A stretch of 63,961 nt of DNA, filler included, from Choristocarpus tenellus KU-1152 (GCA_964200185.2; 9 parts of 9 records of this genome joined end to end with filler, not necessarily neighbours in it), one strand, 5' to 3'; positions 12,706 to 26,600 are shown, counted from the whole stretch's first letter. Translations and numbers: made by a program. The notes: generated from the sequence alone by a model not told the origin.

Positions 12706-15700
12706 ACCCCACACTTCAATCCCACTCAACCCCACACCACTTACCACACCACCACACCATTCAGCACCACTCAACCCCCCAACACTTTCCACCATTTTCC
12801 ACTCCCCCACACCACTCTACACCACTCCACAATCATCCAAGAACACCCCTTCATTATACCCCTTCATCATGGACATCATACCGTGCCTTTGAACTAGAAT
12901 ACATTTACCCCACCCAAACTTGACCTCCCTCCCACCTACCCAGTATCCCAGTCGACCGTGAGCAAGCGAAAGGAGGGTGGGTGGGTGGGAGAGATTGCTC
13001 AGAGGTTGTCTTGTTCTAGCCTTCCTCGTTCCGTACCACCAGCCTGAGGGTTTTCCTTACGTTCTGACCATTCTCACCTCATGCTTCCACCTACCACCCA
13101 TTTCTTTTAACTTCTCTCTTACCTCTTCTGCCTCCTAGCCACTCAGTACTTAACTCTTCATCCACCCTTTGCGTATCATTATTCTTCCTTCATCAACCCT
13201 TCCTTCTTCCCTGTACGTCAATCCTACCAGAATTCTCCCGTCCGCAAAACTCAGATTACTTCATGAACCTCCCTTTTTTGGCCCTCAGGTCAACTCATTA
13301 CCTACCATAATAAACATGGCACGGAGATAGGCAAACATATTCTCCAGACTTCAACGGATCACGTATTTTCTGGGGGTTATCAAAAGACTGGTCTTGGTTG
13401 TTATAGGAACAAGATTGAGGACTAGTTTTGGGGATCAAATACTTGACGGTACAAGGGAGGGGGAGAAGATTAATATGTACAACGTATTGATCCCCGTTTC
13501 GACAGGACATGATACTTTCAAAACAATCATAACATGTCACACCTTACAGGCGTCTATCCCTGGGCCACTTCCCTTGCTCAAGTTTCCATCGTTATATTAC
13601 CCCTTTCATGCCCATAGTGCCTAAATAAGTCCAACATTGTTTAGTTTGCTATCTTCCGAGCCATGAAAAAAATATACATCGTCCTTGTTTGAGCTGACGA
13701 TGTCGGTTCATGAACGGGAGACTTTAAATGCCTGACATACCCTGAGCCTCGCACCCGCTTTACTATACATCTCACAGATACCAAGTAGTGTAGGTTGATA
13801 TTTATCTTCGCAGGAAGTATCACAACAGGTGCCGCATAGTTAAGCCATGGCTTCTGTTTTCTGTTTGATCATGTATGGTCTCCTTGGTTGTTTATCATTG
13901 GTGCTACAGATAGGTCTTCCAATCATTTCCGAGTTGCTTTAATTTCCCCTCTACCCTTACCCCCCCTAAGTGTTTGATTTACTAATAAAAACGTAATAGT
14001 TTGATAGTCTGATTCTGTCTGTGCCCATTTTATTGTCCATGCCAAGGTTGCATATCAGGCCTGAGGAGTCGCTTCAAAGTAGTAGTTAAAATGATCAACA
14101 TGCCAGCATTTATGCCCGGTGAAGTGTGATCCTGGATATGAAATTTGCAGCCACAACTCTCTGTCTGTGCGTGGCATATTCAAAAAGTAAGTGTGTGGAT
14201 AAGCAAGTAGGGTATCACTGTGTGTTTTCATCAGGTTCATGACTGTATGTATCATGATGTATCCCTTAGCTTTAGTCATTCCCCCATTGGTGTTGTCATA
14301 TTGCAGAGTGCAAGCTACAGATAGTGTGCTAGCCATCCTTGGCATGGCATGTCCGTCCAACTCAATGCGTACCTGGCCACTACGAGGACAAACACATACT
14401 ATGGAACGAAAACAACTACTGTTACAGGCGAATAGCACAAATATTTCTTCCCATGATCAAACAAGAGCGAGCAGTATCTTACTTTGCAACTATTAGCAAA
14501 TTGGAGTTCCTATTTATAAAGTTCCCCTCGTGTGTATACTGCTCGCTCTTGTTCGAACATGGGAAGAAATATTTGTGCTATTCGCCTGTAACAGTAGTTG
14601 CTTTAGTTGTTTTCGTCTCATAGTGTGTGTCTGCAAACCAACCAAAACATATAAATGGTAAATGACGATAAAGAAATAAAAGACTATTAGACGATCAATG
14701 ACGCCCCTCTTTCCACTTTGCTCACTCCAATACCAAGAAAAGTGCCCTGTTCTGCTCTGCTGACTCCATTAACCCTCATTCGACCTTTGACTGTTGGAGT
14801 ATCCCTGGAGGCTTGTACGAGCATCGGTGTCGTCTATAGGCCTGTGGAGGTAAGCTTCTGGAGCGTGCTGTAACACTACTTAGATAACACCACGTACGTT
14901 TTTCGACCGCAGGTAGACCCCGACTTTCCATCCCCCTTCTGTTCTAATTCCAAATGGTTTCCTTCAGCAGCACACATTCACCATGGAGTCAGTAGTTCAA
15001 TAACTTTTGTGTTAAGAGTTGGAAGAAGTATACACTTCAATGCTGCTCAGCTCTCGATTAACTCTGTCAAATCATTTATGTGCAAACACTTCTTTTCAAC
15101 CGTCATTTATCCCTCTTGTGTTCTGAGAAAGTGTCTTACTCTGACATCCAATTGACTAAAAATATTGGATGAGAGAGATGAGCACACAGCAAAGGTTGTT
15201 GCAGTACAAGTCACAGTCGTAGGCAAAATTGAGAAAGCAACATCAGGTAATGTACACTGAGTTCTACCTCACCTAGGTCCTACCACCAACTTGTACAGCT
15301 ACACAATGATGCAAGCAGGTGTACATGCCTACACTACTCTGCCTCTAATGAGCTCTACACAAAAAGGCAATTGCCAAGCAGAAGGCGGGGCAGGTGGAAG
15401 ACTGCAAATTTCTTTGCTGGCATCCAAACTGCACCCAGTGAAAAAGCCTTCACCCCTAATGCACTAAAAATAAGGCATAAAAGGTACAGCAAGCACCCTT
15501 CATGGTCACTCCTCTATGTCACTAGTGAGTCTGGTACAGAACCGGACACACCTTATCTCCCCAATGTAACAGCATGGCCAGTTGAGAAGGGATGGGTAAA
15601 AAGGGGTTACAAAAATGTGAACCCTAGCTACTACCGTCTAACCCTGAACAAGCCAGTACTGAATCTAACTGTGGCCTCAGTATGACCACACTTTAGTATG

Positions 15701-15830
15701 TGGCACCCCACAACTAGTCAAACAAGTATTGATATTCTCCCAGCTCTGCATGGTTTCACCAACATTGAGTTGGGGGGAAAAGTAGGGAGATTCCAAACAA
15801 GCTATCAGCTGTCTTCTCAAGCTGGCTCTA

Positions 15831-18067
15831 TTAAACCTCATTGAGCGCAGCCACACCAGGCAACACCTTGCCCTCAAGAAGTTCCAAGGAGGCTCCACCA
15901 CCAGTGGAGATGTGGCTCATCTTGTCTGCAAGGTTGGCCTTCTCAACAGCAGCAACAGAGTCACCTCCCCCAACAATGGTGGTGCAGCCAAGGGGAGTGA
16001 TCTCTGCCAAAGTCTCAGCAATAGCAAAGGTGCCACGGGCAAACGCCTCAAACTCGAACACACCCATGGGTCCATTCCACACAACAGTCTTGCACTGGTG
16101 ATGCAAGGACATTGAACGTTAGGAGTGAGGTGAGGTTAGATATTGGGGGTATGGTATGGCTTTCCAAATTAAATTGCTAGGATTGTTTCAGCAACAATAG
16201 TACTCTAACAGCATTGTCCCAGCAGGGAAGATTCCTATTACCTTTGGTTAATATAGCACAACTCCCTCCCTAAACTCCTTCACTTCCATCCTCTCACCTC
16301 CTTCAGGGCATCCTGGATCTCTTTGGTCGCCTCCGGTCCGTTGTCCAGGCCCATCCAACCATCAGGGATGGCATCTGCCGACACAATCTGGGTGTTGGCA
16401 TCAGCCGAAAAGGCATCAGCAACGATCACATCAGAGGGAAGAATGATCTGCACACCCTTGGTGGCGGCAGTGGCCTCAAGCTCCTTTGCCAGGTCAAGCT
16501 TGTCCTCTTCCACAAGAGAAGATCCCACGCCCAGGCCACGTGCCTTGAGGAAGGTGAAGACCATGCCACCTGAGTTGAACAGGAGATACAGATGGGGCTG
16601 AAGAATAAGACCAATAAAAACAATGCAGCTTGCCTTAACTAACAAAAATAATCATTACAATATATAGGACGGGATGGGATAACTTTAAAAGTTCAAATCA
16701 AATCGATCACCAGTTATCCTGAAAATCACGTACCGCCAATGATGAGCTTGTCGCACTTGTTGAGAAGGGACTCAATCACACCTAAAATTCAGGAGCATAT
16801 ACAGGGGAAAATGGGGATAAATGACAGTTGTAGCGATTAGATTTAAGACCAAATCTATCATAGTGAAACGGTTCGTTCATCTTGGTACATTACTCAAAGT
16901 GGTGGATTGTAACCATAAAATACAAATATGAAAATCATTGTTTATGCACGCACCGATCTTGGAAGACACCTTAGATCCACCGACGATGGCGGCGAAGGGC
17001 CTCTTGGGCTCCAGGACAGCACCCTCAAGGTAGTCAAGCTCCTTCTGTAGGAGGAAACCAGCCACTGATGTGTCGAGATGGTTGGTAACTCCCTCGGTAG
17101 ACCCGTGGGCACGGTGAGCTGTACCAAAGGCGTCGTTGACGAAGAGGTCGAATGGGCCCGCCAACGACTTGGCGAATTCTGAGGAAGGAATACACATAGG
17201 GGGGATCATCTTTATGGTGGTACTCGATCCACTTTGAGCACAAGCTTTGTCACGAACTAGAGGAAAAGAGGTACCACGATATTAATGTGATTGCATACAC
17301 ACATACCGGGATCATTCTTCGTCTCCTCCTTGTAGAAACGCACGTTTTCAAGGAGCATCACCTCGCCATCTGCAAGGCCATTGACCATGGTAGACACCTC
17401 GTCACCGATGCAGTCAGGGGCCATCTTGCACTCAGTGCCCAAGAGTTCCGTAAGCCGGGTCGACACGGGGCCGAGAGAGAACTTGTCCTCAGGTCCATCC
17501 TTAGGGCGCCCCAAGTGGGAGGAGAGTGCCACACGGGCTCCCTTGTCCAGGAGGTACTTGACTGTGGGGATGGAGGCCCGGATACGTGTGTCGTCACCGA
17601 TTACCTTGTCAGCGAGGGGCACGTTCAAGTCACACCGGACTAGGACTTTCTTTCCCTTCAGCTCGGCATCGGAAAGGTCGCTCACTGATTTCTTCTTCAC
17701 AACCGACATCTCCATGTTGGAGGAACGAGGGACAGGGGTAGCCTTGTTCGCCCAAGACGAAGAGGACACCAGACCTTTCCCACATAGGTGAGCAAACAAT
17801 CGGTGAAGGCGGATGGGTGTCAGAGCTGATGAGGTGGTCGATAATTCTCTACTGTAATAATCTGAGCTGAAGAAAGTACTATTAAATGTCCCCAGTAAAA
17901 CATGACAATGTGCATGATTTGGGGGTGTGGTAACCAAAATCATGTTTCCGTTCATGAAGAACTCAAAGTGAATTTCAAAAGCACCTCTCACCATTCTTGG
18001 CCAGTGAGGGGGCAACAAATGCTCCCACAGCCTGAGCGCACAGCGCTACAGCGAATATGGTCTTCAT
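15831..18067 (-). CDS. PGK: Plastid-targeted phosphoglycerate kinase; exons 18067-17992, 17774-17307, 17178-16954, 16781-16734, 16569-16298, 16094-15831
   Basis: Motifs [54 protein letters not shown] and [15 protein letters not shown]. All introns are GT-AG and phase-consistent. Signal peptide ends AVGA-FVAP. Confidence 0.97.
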
Positions 18068-18597
18068 CTCTCCAGTAGATGTTGTCAAGATGAGAAGTGA
18101 ACTGTCGTTAGAGAACGGGGTTCATCTACAAACCATTTATTGAGTACGTCACAGAGAAAGCCTGATAAGAATGTGTTTTGAACACACGCCTCCCAATTTC
18201 TATAGCTTGAGAGCAAAAAACCCCACCCAAATACTTGCATCCTCTACTTGCTCTTGATCCGGGCATCCTTGCCGTCATTCCTGTCAAAGAAGGTTAGCTA
18301 TTGTGTCGTCACGCAGTTGATTTCTTGTCGTCAAGTCTAGCAAGTCAGGAAAAATTACTGATTGGTCGAGAGTGTTGGGAAGTGAGTGTGGAGTCTTACC
18401 TGTTGTATCATCGATTCCCATCGTTCTCGGTGGTGGCTCCACCTTTTGATCCCAATTACTCCTCCTAGGACATTGAAATGTATAAGAATTGTTGGTGGTG
18501 TGCCTGTTATCCCAGGTATCCTCTGACGTTGCAATCGGGTCCATACAACTACAATCCCAGTTTTGCCCCGGTTTGCCCCACCTTGCCCTGCAGGAGG

Positions 18598-21500
18598 ATG
18601 GGCTCCCCCGGTGAAGCAGCTGTGGTAGGTGCTGTGCTGTTGGTAATGTTCATTGCATTGTTCATTGGGTGGAGGACGCCTGAGACGGTGGTGAGCACAG
18701 ATCATACCTTAGTCATATCGACTCATGACTACTTAGCCATCGGTCAAATTGGTCATGCATTTCTTCTTATTCTCCCACTCCCTAGACCGCATATTCACAA
18801 GTTCTTGTACACTGATCTTATTATCTCTTGATGCTCGTTTAGGTGTTCATGAGTCTGGTTCTGGTATGGAATGCAGGTATTGTTTCTACTTCCGAGGCCC
18901 TGTCGGGCTTCAGCAACGAGGGCATGTTAGCGGTAGGGGCCTTGTTCGTCGTCGTCAAGGGAGTGGAACGATCCCAATTGGCTGACAAGGCCGCCCGACG
19001 TGTCTTCGGATTGGACACCAGCTTGAGGTCGGGGCTGCTGCGCCTCATGGTGCTATGTTTCCTTCTCTCGGCCTTCCTCAACAATACCCCAGTCGTAGCC
19101 CTTCTCATACCCATCACTAGAGACTGGGCCCGCACGCGAGGGTTCTCACCCTCCCAGCTCCTCATCCCTCTTTCGTATTCGTGCATCTTTGGTGGACTCC
19201 TCACTGTCATTGGCACTTCTACAAATCTGGTTGTGCAGGGCTTGGTGAAAGACGAGGGACTCCCTGGAATGGAGTTCTTCGAACCTGGCTACATTGGCCT
19301 GCCACTCGGGATGGTTGGGATGGTTTATCTTCTCTACACAGCTCCACGATTCCTCCCTTCTCACGGTGGGCTATTCCGCTATGTGCGTGACAAAGCTGAG
19401 GAGCTCCTGACAGAGGTAACCAATACTATTGAAGTCAAGGCAGCAAATGAAACACTATTCATTGCTTGCTATGCCTCTTGCAGCCATAAACGGCTGTTGG
19501 GAAGAATGATTGAGTTCAGGCTGTTAATCACCTCTCAGTCCTTGTGTTTTGATTTGTCATCACTCTATTCTTATCCTTATCAGGGCTGCTTTGTGCAACA
19601 TGTAGAGCTGTTTCACAACTTGCTATGTCCTTCGGTCTAGATAATTCATTAGTCAGCTGGGACAAGCTGAGTTTTTGAGATTGTTTTGCCATCTTCTACT
19701 CCAAATTGTATTCTTTTTCGCTGCCTTGAAACAAGGCAACGTGCTTACTCCCTTGCCATCCAAAACACTTCAGGTACAAGTTCTCAAAGACTTCAAGCAC
19801 ATAGGGGAACCTGTAAGCCTTGTCCTAGCGAGACTGGGTCTCCAACAGGAGACCCTGATCAAGATCCGTCGGAAAGTACCCCAGGCCCTGCTAAGGCAGA
19901 TGGATATGGAGGTGAGCCTGCACACTGGAGAACATTGGCATAGCTCTCATGGGGAAACAAGTTCTGCCGGGGGAAGGGGGGCAGCACCGGTGGGGATTAG
20001 CCGAGGACGAGAGACCATGCAATGCACAAGCAAGCACTACTACCGTAACCGGACAGAGTGCCTGTGGGGGACCAAGGGCGATATTACTTATTGTATGGGG
20101 ATTCGTGGGAAAGAGGAAGGGCTAAAGAGAGGGATGTCCTTTGGGCCCAATGTTCAGCATAGGGAGACACAACTCCAGTTGATCAGTGATGCAACCCATC
20201 ATGTGCCTCCGGTGCACTGTACAAACAGGGACCTGACAGCAAATGGAATTGAGTTGGGATGCCCAGTTGTGAGGACCTTGTCTGAAGGTGCAGCCCCCAG
20301 GAAGAAGTGGAGCCCCAAACCAGCAGGGATTAGAACTGGAATTAGGACTGCTGCAGTTGCTGGGACTGATAGCACACCAGGAGTTACACCTTCAGGGGGC
20401 GCTGACATGGTTGCAGTGACACCCAACAAGGGAGCAGTCAACCCTGGCTGGATTTTCTCACCACGGGTTGTAAGTGGGGTCGCGAGAACACACTCAGAGG
20501 CTGAAGAAGGGACGGCAAGTGGCAGAGAGATGCATGTGGAGTCACCAGCACCACCGCAACTAGACAATGAACGTACTTCAGGCGTAGACTCCACTCATAA
20601 CTCTGCTGGGTACACAGATGTGTACCCAGTAAGTCCTGGAGAGGTGGTACAAGGAGGGGACATTTTGTTTCTCAGCTGTGGACAGATGGCCATGATTTCC
20701 TTTCAGGGCTCAACAATGAGCCAGGGTCTGGAGGGCCTCAAGCTCCTGGACGTTAATGCGCTTGATCTCCCAGGCAGGGGAACAGATTTCTTTGAACTGG
20801 TGGTCTCGGATCGGAATCATTTCGTGGGACACTCTGCCGGCGAGGACAACAGTGCCTTCGGTGATTACTATAGCTGCAGTGTCGTTGCCGTGCGCAGGAA
20901 GGGATCTTTTAACGCTACCTCCGTTGCATCTAAAACCCCAGGCTCATTTGTGGCACGAGAAGCTTCAGCGCACATTGCTGCTTCCATATCTACCTCGATG
21001 AATGGCCAATCAGGAAGAGACGTGGAGGGCAACCAGCAGCAGCTCTCAGAGGCTGAAGCACTCAGTCCCTCTGTAAACTTTGAGCCGACCATAGACCAGT
21101 CCCAGAGGCGAACGAGGGGACGAACAGCCTCTTCGGAGGAATCTCGATGGCGCCTACGTCCCCGTATGACGTCAGTGGAGGATGCAAGGGATCTTGAGGT
21201 AGCACACCGGCCTCTCCAGGCGGGGGATGTGGTACTGGTTCTGGCTAAGGAAAACTTCATTGACAAGTGGGCACCCTCTCAAGCGCAAGACTTTTTTCTT
21301 GTCACCAATGTCGGCTCTGTGCCCAAGCCGGTACGGCTGTGGGATTACGTGCCATTGGGCATCTTTGCGGTTATGTTAGCGTGGGTGACAGCCTTCGGGG
21401 TCGACATGGTGAGAGGGGAGAATTTGGGTTATTTGGTTTTCTGCTGTGGTGGTGATAGCAATTGGGAGTTTGGCAGGCTTGAATTTATTTATTTATTTAT

Positions 21501-22079
21501 GGTCCTCGGTTGGGTTGATAGGGCTAGGGAAAAAGTGTATACCTTGTGTTTTGAGGGAATGGAAGACCAACCGCAATGGACTTGTTGGCATGGGTGATGG
21601 CGATCAGTATTAAAAGTAACGCCTCAGTGCTGAGGTGGAAAAATTAGCCCTACAGCTCTGTTTTGAGGCCTTTTTGAGCAAAATTATTTTTGTTGCAAAT
21701 TTTACTCAAGCGGGGGGGAGGGGGACAACTTGTTGTGCAGGCTAGTTTCCCATTTTGTCCCCCCTCTATTTCCCACTGTATTCACCTGGACTACAGACAG
21801 CGCTTGTGTGTGTGCCCTGAAGTTCAGTTAGAGCTCCGGTACCTGTGTGCAGGCAGCCCTCACAACCACCATTTGTACCCTGATACATCACGTCCCCAGT
21901 TTAGTGCTTGCGTGTTGTTGAGGAGACCTTACATCATCTCCTTAAGAAAGATTGGTCCTTGTGGTTCTCATAAGGAGGAACTAACTACCTGGCATACAAC
22001 CTACAAGTTCCTAAAACTTGTACTGTTGAATGAACCAGGCAGCAGCTTCTAAACCCTCTCCTAACAACTCATTACGCTC

Positions 22080-22135
<56 letters not shown>

Positions 22136-22393
22136 CCATTTTGCTCCCCTTGATTGGTCCCCTAGGTCAGGGGTGCCTTTGCAGCAGGAGCACTTCTGGT
22201 TCTGGGCGGATGGGTGGATGCCAGAAAGGCAGTAGGGTTTGTAAATTGGGGGCTTCTCCTTCTCATAGGCTCAGCACTGGGTCTCAGCCGAGGCATATCC
22301 AACAGTGGACTGGCAGGTTACGTTGGGGGTGCGATACGAGATTCTGGGATTAGTCCTGAGGCCAGCATCTTCGTTCTGTACGCCTTCACAATG
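18598..22393 (+). CDS. SLC13/divalent anion:Na+ symporter with TrkA-C (RCK_C) domains (SLT/SAC1-like sulfate transporter), 3'-partial; exons 18598-18690, 18843-19415, 19774-21408, 22166-22393
   Basis: EALSGFSNEG, SAFLNNTPVVALLIP, PSQLLIPLSY, GGLLTVIGTSTNLVV, LQAGDVVLV and VNWGLLLLIG motifs; phase-0 GT-AG introns; contig ends before the C-terminus. Confidence 0.9.
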
Positions 22394-23392
22394 GTGAGAA
22401 AACAATTACTTTTGTTATATTCTTCTATTTGCCGCCAGGTACACGAGATGGTAACGCCTCCCCTTGCCAGGTGGTGCTTACGTGCGGGACTCCTAAATGA
22501 TTTTTTTTGTTTTTTAAGAATATCGCCACGTGCCGTATTGTTTTTGTCCGAATACTGCGTGGTGTATGTACATACATTCTTGTGCATCTGTGGCCCCCTT
22601 GAGATAGGCACATTTTTTTTTTTTCCTACTGCAGGGTCCTCTCGACTCTGCTTTTAAAAAAAAGAAAAAAAAAGTCTGAGGGAGGCACAACAGGATGCTC
22701 TGCTTTTTAGATTGAGTTGTCGAGTTGTTTTGGTGTGTACATGTTTGCCCATACCGACATCCCACCACCACTTCCCCACTTCAGTATGACTTCCATCCAG
22801 ACAGTTGTGGCGCAAAATCATTCACAAAAAAGCCACCTGTGCCCAGTTCACTGCACAGCATTTGACGTTTGCCCCCTGTGCCCCCTGTGCCCCCTGTGTG
22901 TACCGCTTGAGACAGTAGACTTGGTGTTATTTATCTCAAGGCGTTGTGTTTTGGCAAGCGACTGGTTGGTTGTGTGAACCCTTAAGTTTTGCCTTGTCTT
23001 CCCATGCCTTTTGCTTTCTTTTTTTTTAGCAAGTGGTGTCCACTTTCTTGGATGGCTCTTGAGGTTGGATGGCTCTGTAGCTTTGCGTGTTTAGTGGCGC
23101 TGCAGGCTTATAGTGGTAGGTTGTATTATGATAGTGTCGTGCTGTCCCGGGTGAGATGTAGGTGTCTGTTAATGCTGTGTGGTGTCCAAAACCAGTCTGC
23201 GCTGTGATTGAAATAGTCTTTTTACAGTATGATTGACGTGCACTAAAAGCAATCCATTGTGAAGAGGACTAATATATGCCATTTTCTTTTCACTTGGAAC
23301 ACTAATTTGGGGTATGAAGGTTTGTTGTTCATATTCCTCACTACAATACAGTAGCATAAACTCTTGGTAAATTGTTGCCTAACCCCCCCCCT

Positions 23393-23435
<43 letters not shown>

Positions 23436-23470
23436 CCCCCCCACCTCCCACCACTCTCAAACCACACCAC

Positions 23471-23570
23471 NNNNNNNNNNNNNNNNNNNNNNNNNNNNNN
23501 NNNNNNNNNNNNNNTTAATTAATTAANNNNNNNNNNNNNNNNNNNNNNNNNNNNNNNNNNNNNNNNNNNN
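23471..23570. other. Artificial contig spacer (N44-TTAATTAATTAA-N44); also at 28110-28209, 33303-33402, 39074-39173, 47586-47685, 52093-52192, 55008-55107 and 61360-61459
   Basis: Identical 100-bp structure with a six-frame-stop 12-mer. Confidence 0.99.
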
Positions 23571-23629
23571 CAACAGTCAGTACAAGCTGGTAGTATGTGT
23601 ATCATATCAACAAGAAATAAATGAGGAGT

Positions 23630-26600
23630 CTATGTTTTAACATCATCATCATCAGATGATGAGGCTCCCTCCTCTCCATCTGTGTCAGTTACTACTATGA
23701 GAAGTTCTTCCTTGACAAGGGTGTCGCAATACCCACCTGATCGTCAACAGCACGAAAAGGTTATTTCCCTCAACCTTACAGTAACCATAGCATCATAGAA
23801 ACCAAGAAATCTTGATGGAGTACAAAAGAAAACAAAGCAATTATTTTCAATACAAGGAATTTTCATGGCAAACTGGAGGGCAGAAAAGAATACAGAGCAA
23901 GTGTGTTGGCAAACCACTGATGCTGATGACAAAATCTGAGATTGCTGTCAAATGCATATCCAGGGGGAGGGTTGACAGGTTAGTATGATGAGATGAACTA
24001 TACCAATGATGTACTGATATACCAATAACAGTGTAAGGATAATCACTCATACTGCCATCCCTTTCCTTCACAGTCAAGCTCTCCAATTCCAACAGTTCTG
24101 TGTTTACTCCCCTGCTAAAGACCAGTATTGGACATACTCGAATCACGCTATGCAAGAAAATGAGGCATGGGGTACGGGTACAAGATGAAAATAGTCACTG
24201 ACACTGTGAGGTATACCCTACAAAAAACAAATGAGAATCATGCACTGCACTGTCTTGTAAATAAAAAACTTACTTCTACACATTTTGGAGTTGGGACATA
24301 CGTATGATACTCTCAAACGAACCCTTTCAAAAATGTTCTTCAGGTTGGTATTATACAGCTATCTTGAGTGTACCTTGAGTGCACCAGAAAGAAAAAGAAG
24401 ACTTGATGGGGATTAGTCAAAAAAGATACTGGACGACTAAGGTGGTAACAATAGGTTCGCCCTCTGTGGCAATCTTGTTTTTTATCACCAGAACCCCACA
24501 ATAGTATAAAAGATTGTATATACAAACCGAACGGGTATGACAAGAGAATTAAAGTAACTTAGAGGGTATGACTTTTGCCCGGTTTGTCCATTTGTGTCTT
24601 GACTTTCCACAAGTTTATTATCACATTGCACCTACTCTGAAATGTTTTGGAGTAGGTGAAATGTGTACATTATTAAAAGGTGTATCCGGAACAAGGATAT
24701 TGACACTTCCTAACAAATTTGACAGCCAAAATTACATCAAAATCGCAACATTGTATTTTGGCCCCCAAACGGACGGGGCTCTACTCTCTAAGACACTTTT
24801 ACTCAAGAGGGTTTGAAGGTTTGTATGCACGAGTCCCCAGGCTTCGGGAAGCGGGAACTATGTCCTGATCAAGTAATGGAAAAAAACGCGACATTTTTGA
24901 AGGTAAAGGCTTCAAAACGGACAAAAATGAAGTGGTTGACTGAACTCCTTGCAAAACACTGGTCCGGGGTACGTCACTACCCAAGTCTGACTGGTGTGCG
25001 GGTACCGAATTTTTTTCAAGATTTCCGGACATTTTCTTAACGCCTTTGCAGACGTTCAGTGAGCACATACACACGTGACTTACACAGCAACATGAACCAC
25101 GAAGGTGAGACAAGGAGAGTCGCCGAGGCTACTCTGCCCCCTGGATCTACCCTCGGCACCTTCTCTGTCGAGAGACGACAGACAAATAAGTACCGTGTGA
25201 CACTCAGTACGATGTTAGGTGACACTCAGTGTGAGTAGTGTAGCGCAACAGCATAATCAAATCGCGAAATGGATCACGGGGCCGCGACACTGACGCCGAG
25301 AGAAGATGCATTGAAAGCATTACCACACAAACGTTGTTGGATCTTCAACCGATCTGGAGCACTGCTTTGCAGTCTCTGCCGCCTCAGGAAAGCAGGAAGT
25401 GAGCGGCGAGTTCATCACCAGGGTCGTACAGTGATGAAGTCTGTGGGGAAGTCTGGTCACGGCGGGTGAAGGGACAACCGGGGTGGCCGCCCGAAGGGAA
25501 GAATGGCGAAGAGAGCAGTGCAACTGCGTGCCATTGTGCTCAGGAAACGCCTAAGCAGAAACCCAGGTGTAGAATATCTTAGTAGTCGACAGTTGCAGCA
25601 GGCCCTGGCTGTTTGGAAGCTATGCGAGCCAGAGTGGCTTAAGGAAACGAGAAAGAAGGTGTTAGGGTTGAGCTTCAAGGGCTCTGAAGTCCGAAAGAAG
25701 GTCGAAAGGGCTCGCAAGGCGGAGGAGAACGTGATCGTAACAAAGGCAGCTGTGGAGATCTCTCGATACCACCCAACCCCTTACTTCAAAGAGGTTGCTA
25801 AGCAGCTGGAGGTAGCCATCGACAAGGACGCCAGGGAAGAAGAGGAGGCGAGATTGAGACTATTCGCATACCAGTGGTTTGGTGTCTCCCACTTATTGCA
25901 AGATGCCGTACATTCACTTTGTTCCTGGACTTGGGGTTGGACGTATAAAGTTGATTAAGGCTTTCTCCCAGCCTGCATTCATTGGAGAAATCAACACAAT
26001 TTTCGATCAACTCAGGTCTGTCCTCCCTCGTCCTTGTGCCTTATTAAAATATCTCACTCGTCCAGGAAACACGGACAACGCCCATTTCCGACGCTCGACA
26101 AGGAAATGTGATAGTTAAGGCTCTAACACTGCGAATTCTGTACCTATGTATGAATGACAGGAAAGACCGTCAAACGGCGCTCGAGATGGCAGCAGGATAT
26201 GCGATGGTCAGGTCGGAAACTGTGAGTAAATGAGAGAGAAACTTCCTAAGGGCCACATCAAGGTGTCGGAGCAAGGGCATTATGAGAGACGTTTCGACAT
26301 CCTTGTCGAGGTCAAAGCGTGGGTGCGCGAACACACAGGAAGAAAGGGTGGGGAGGCTTTTTTCCCACCTAAACCCTATACTTTAATCAAGTAATAGTAT
26401 ATCTGTTGCCACTCTTGGTGACCTACAATCCAGGGTTCGAACCCCGATATGAGCAGTCTTTCTTCTAAAAAAATAAAAATATGGAAAAAAGAAGCCCATA
26501 CTCTGGAGGGCCTTGTGACGGGCATCACGAATGTGCTTTTATGTTTAAAATCCGATGTCTACATCAAAAGGTATGACGGGACAACCCCAGACACATAAGC

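Noticed and set aside
12900-13900. Purine-skewed region with a Cys/His pattern suggesting an old LINE 3' end (similarly 36600-37600)
   Set aside because: Too decayed to identify RT motifs by eye
15841-17791. Plus-strand ORFs overlapping PGK (similar shadow ORFs over the SLC13, SKI3-like and LHCX genes)
   Set aside because: Antisense shadows of GC-rich coding exons
22030-22353. Poly-proline and poly-glycine ORFs (also 23243-23470 and 61119-61415)
   Set aside because: Translations of intronic or contig-end poly-C tracts, whose lengths may be inflated by sequencing
23515-23526. Recurrent TTAATTAATTAA flanked by Ns (eight times)
   Set aside because: Artificial six-frame-stop scaffold linker, not biology; it also rules out any gene-cluster claim across contigs
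25467-25469. In-frame TGA as selenocysteine or readthrough
   Set aside because: No redox motif context or identifiable SECIS; a nonsense mutation in a relic is simpler
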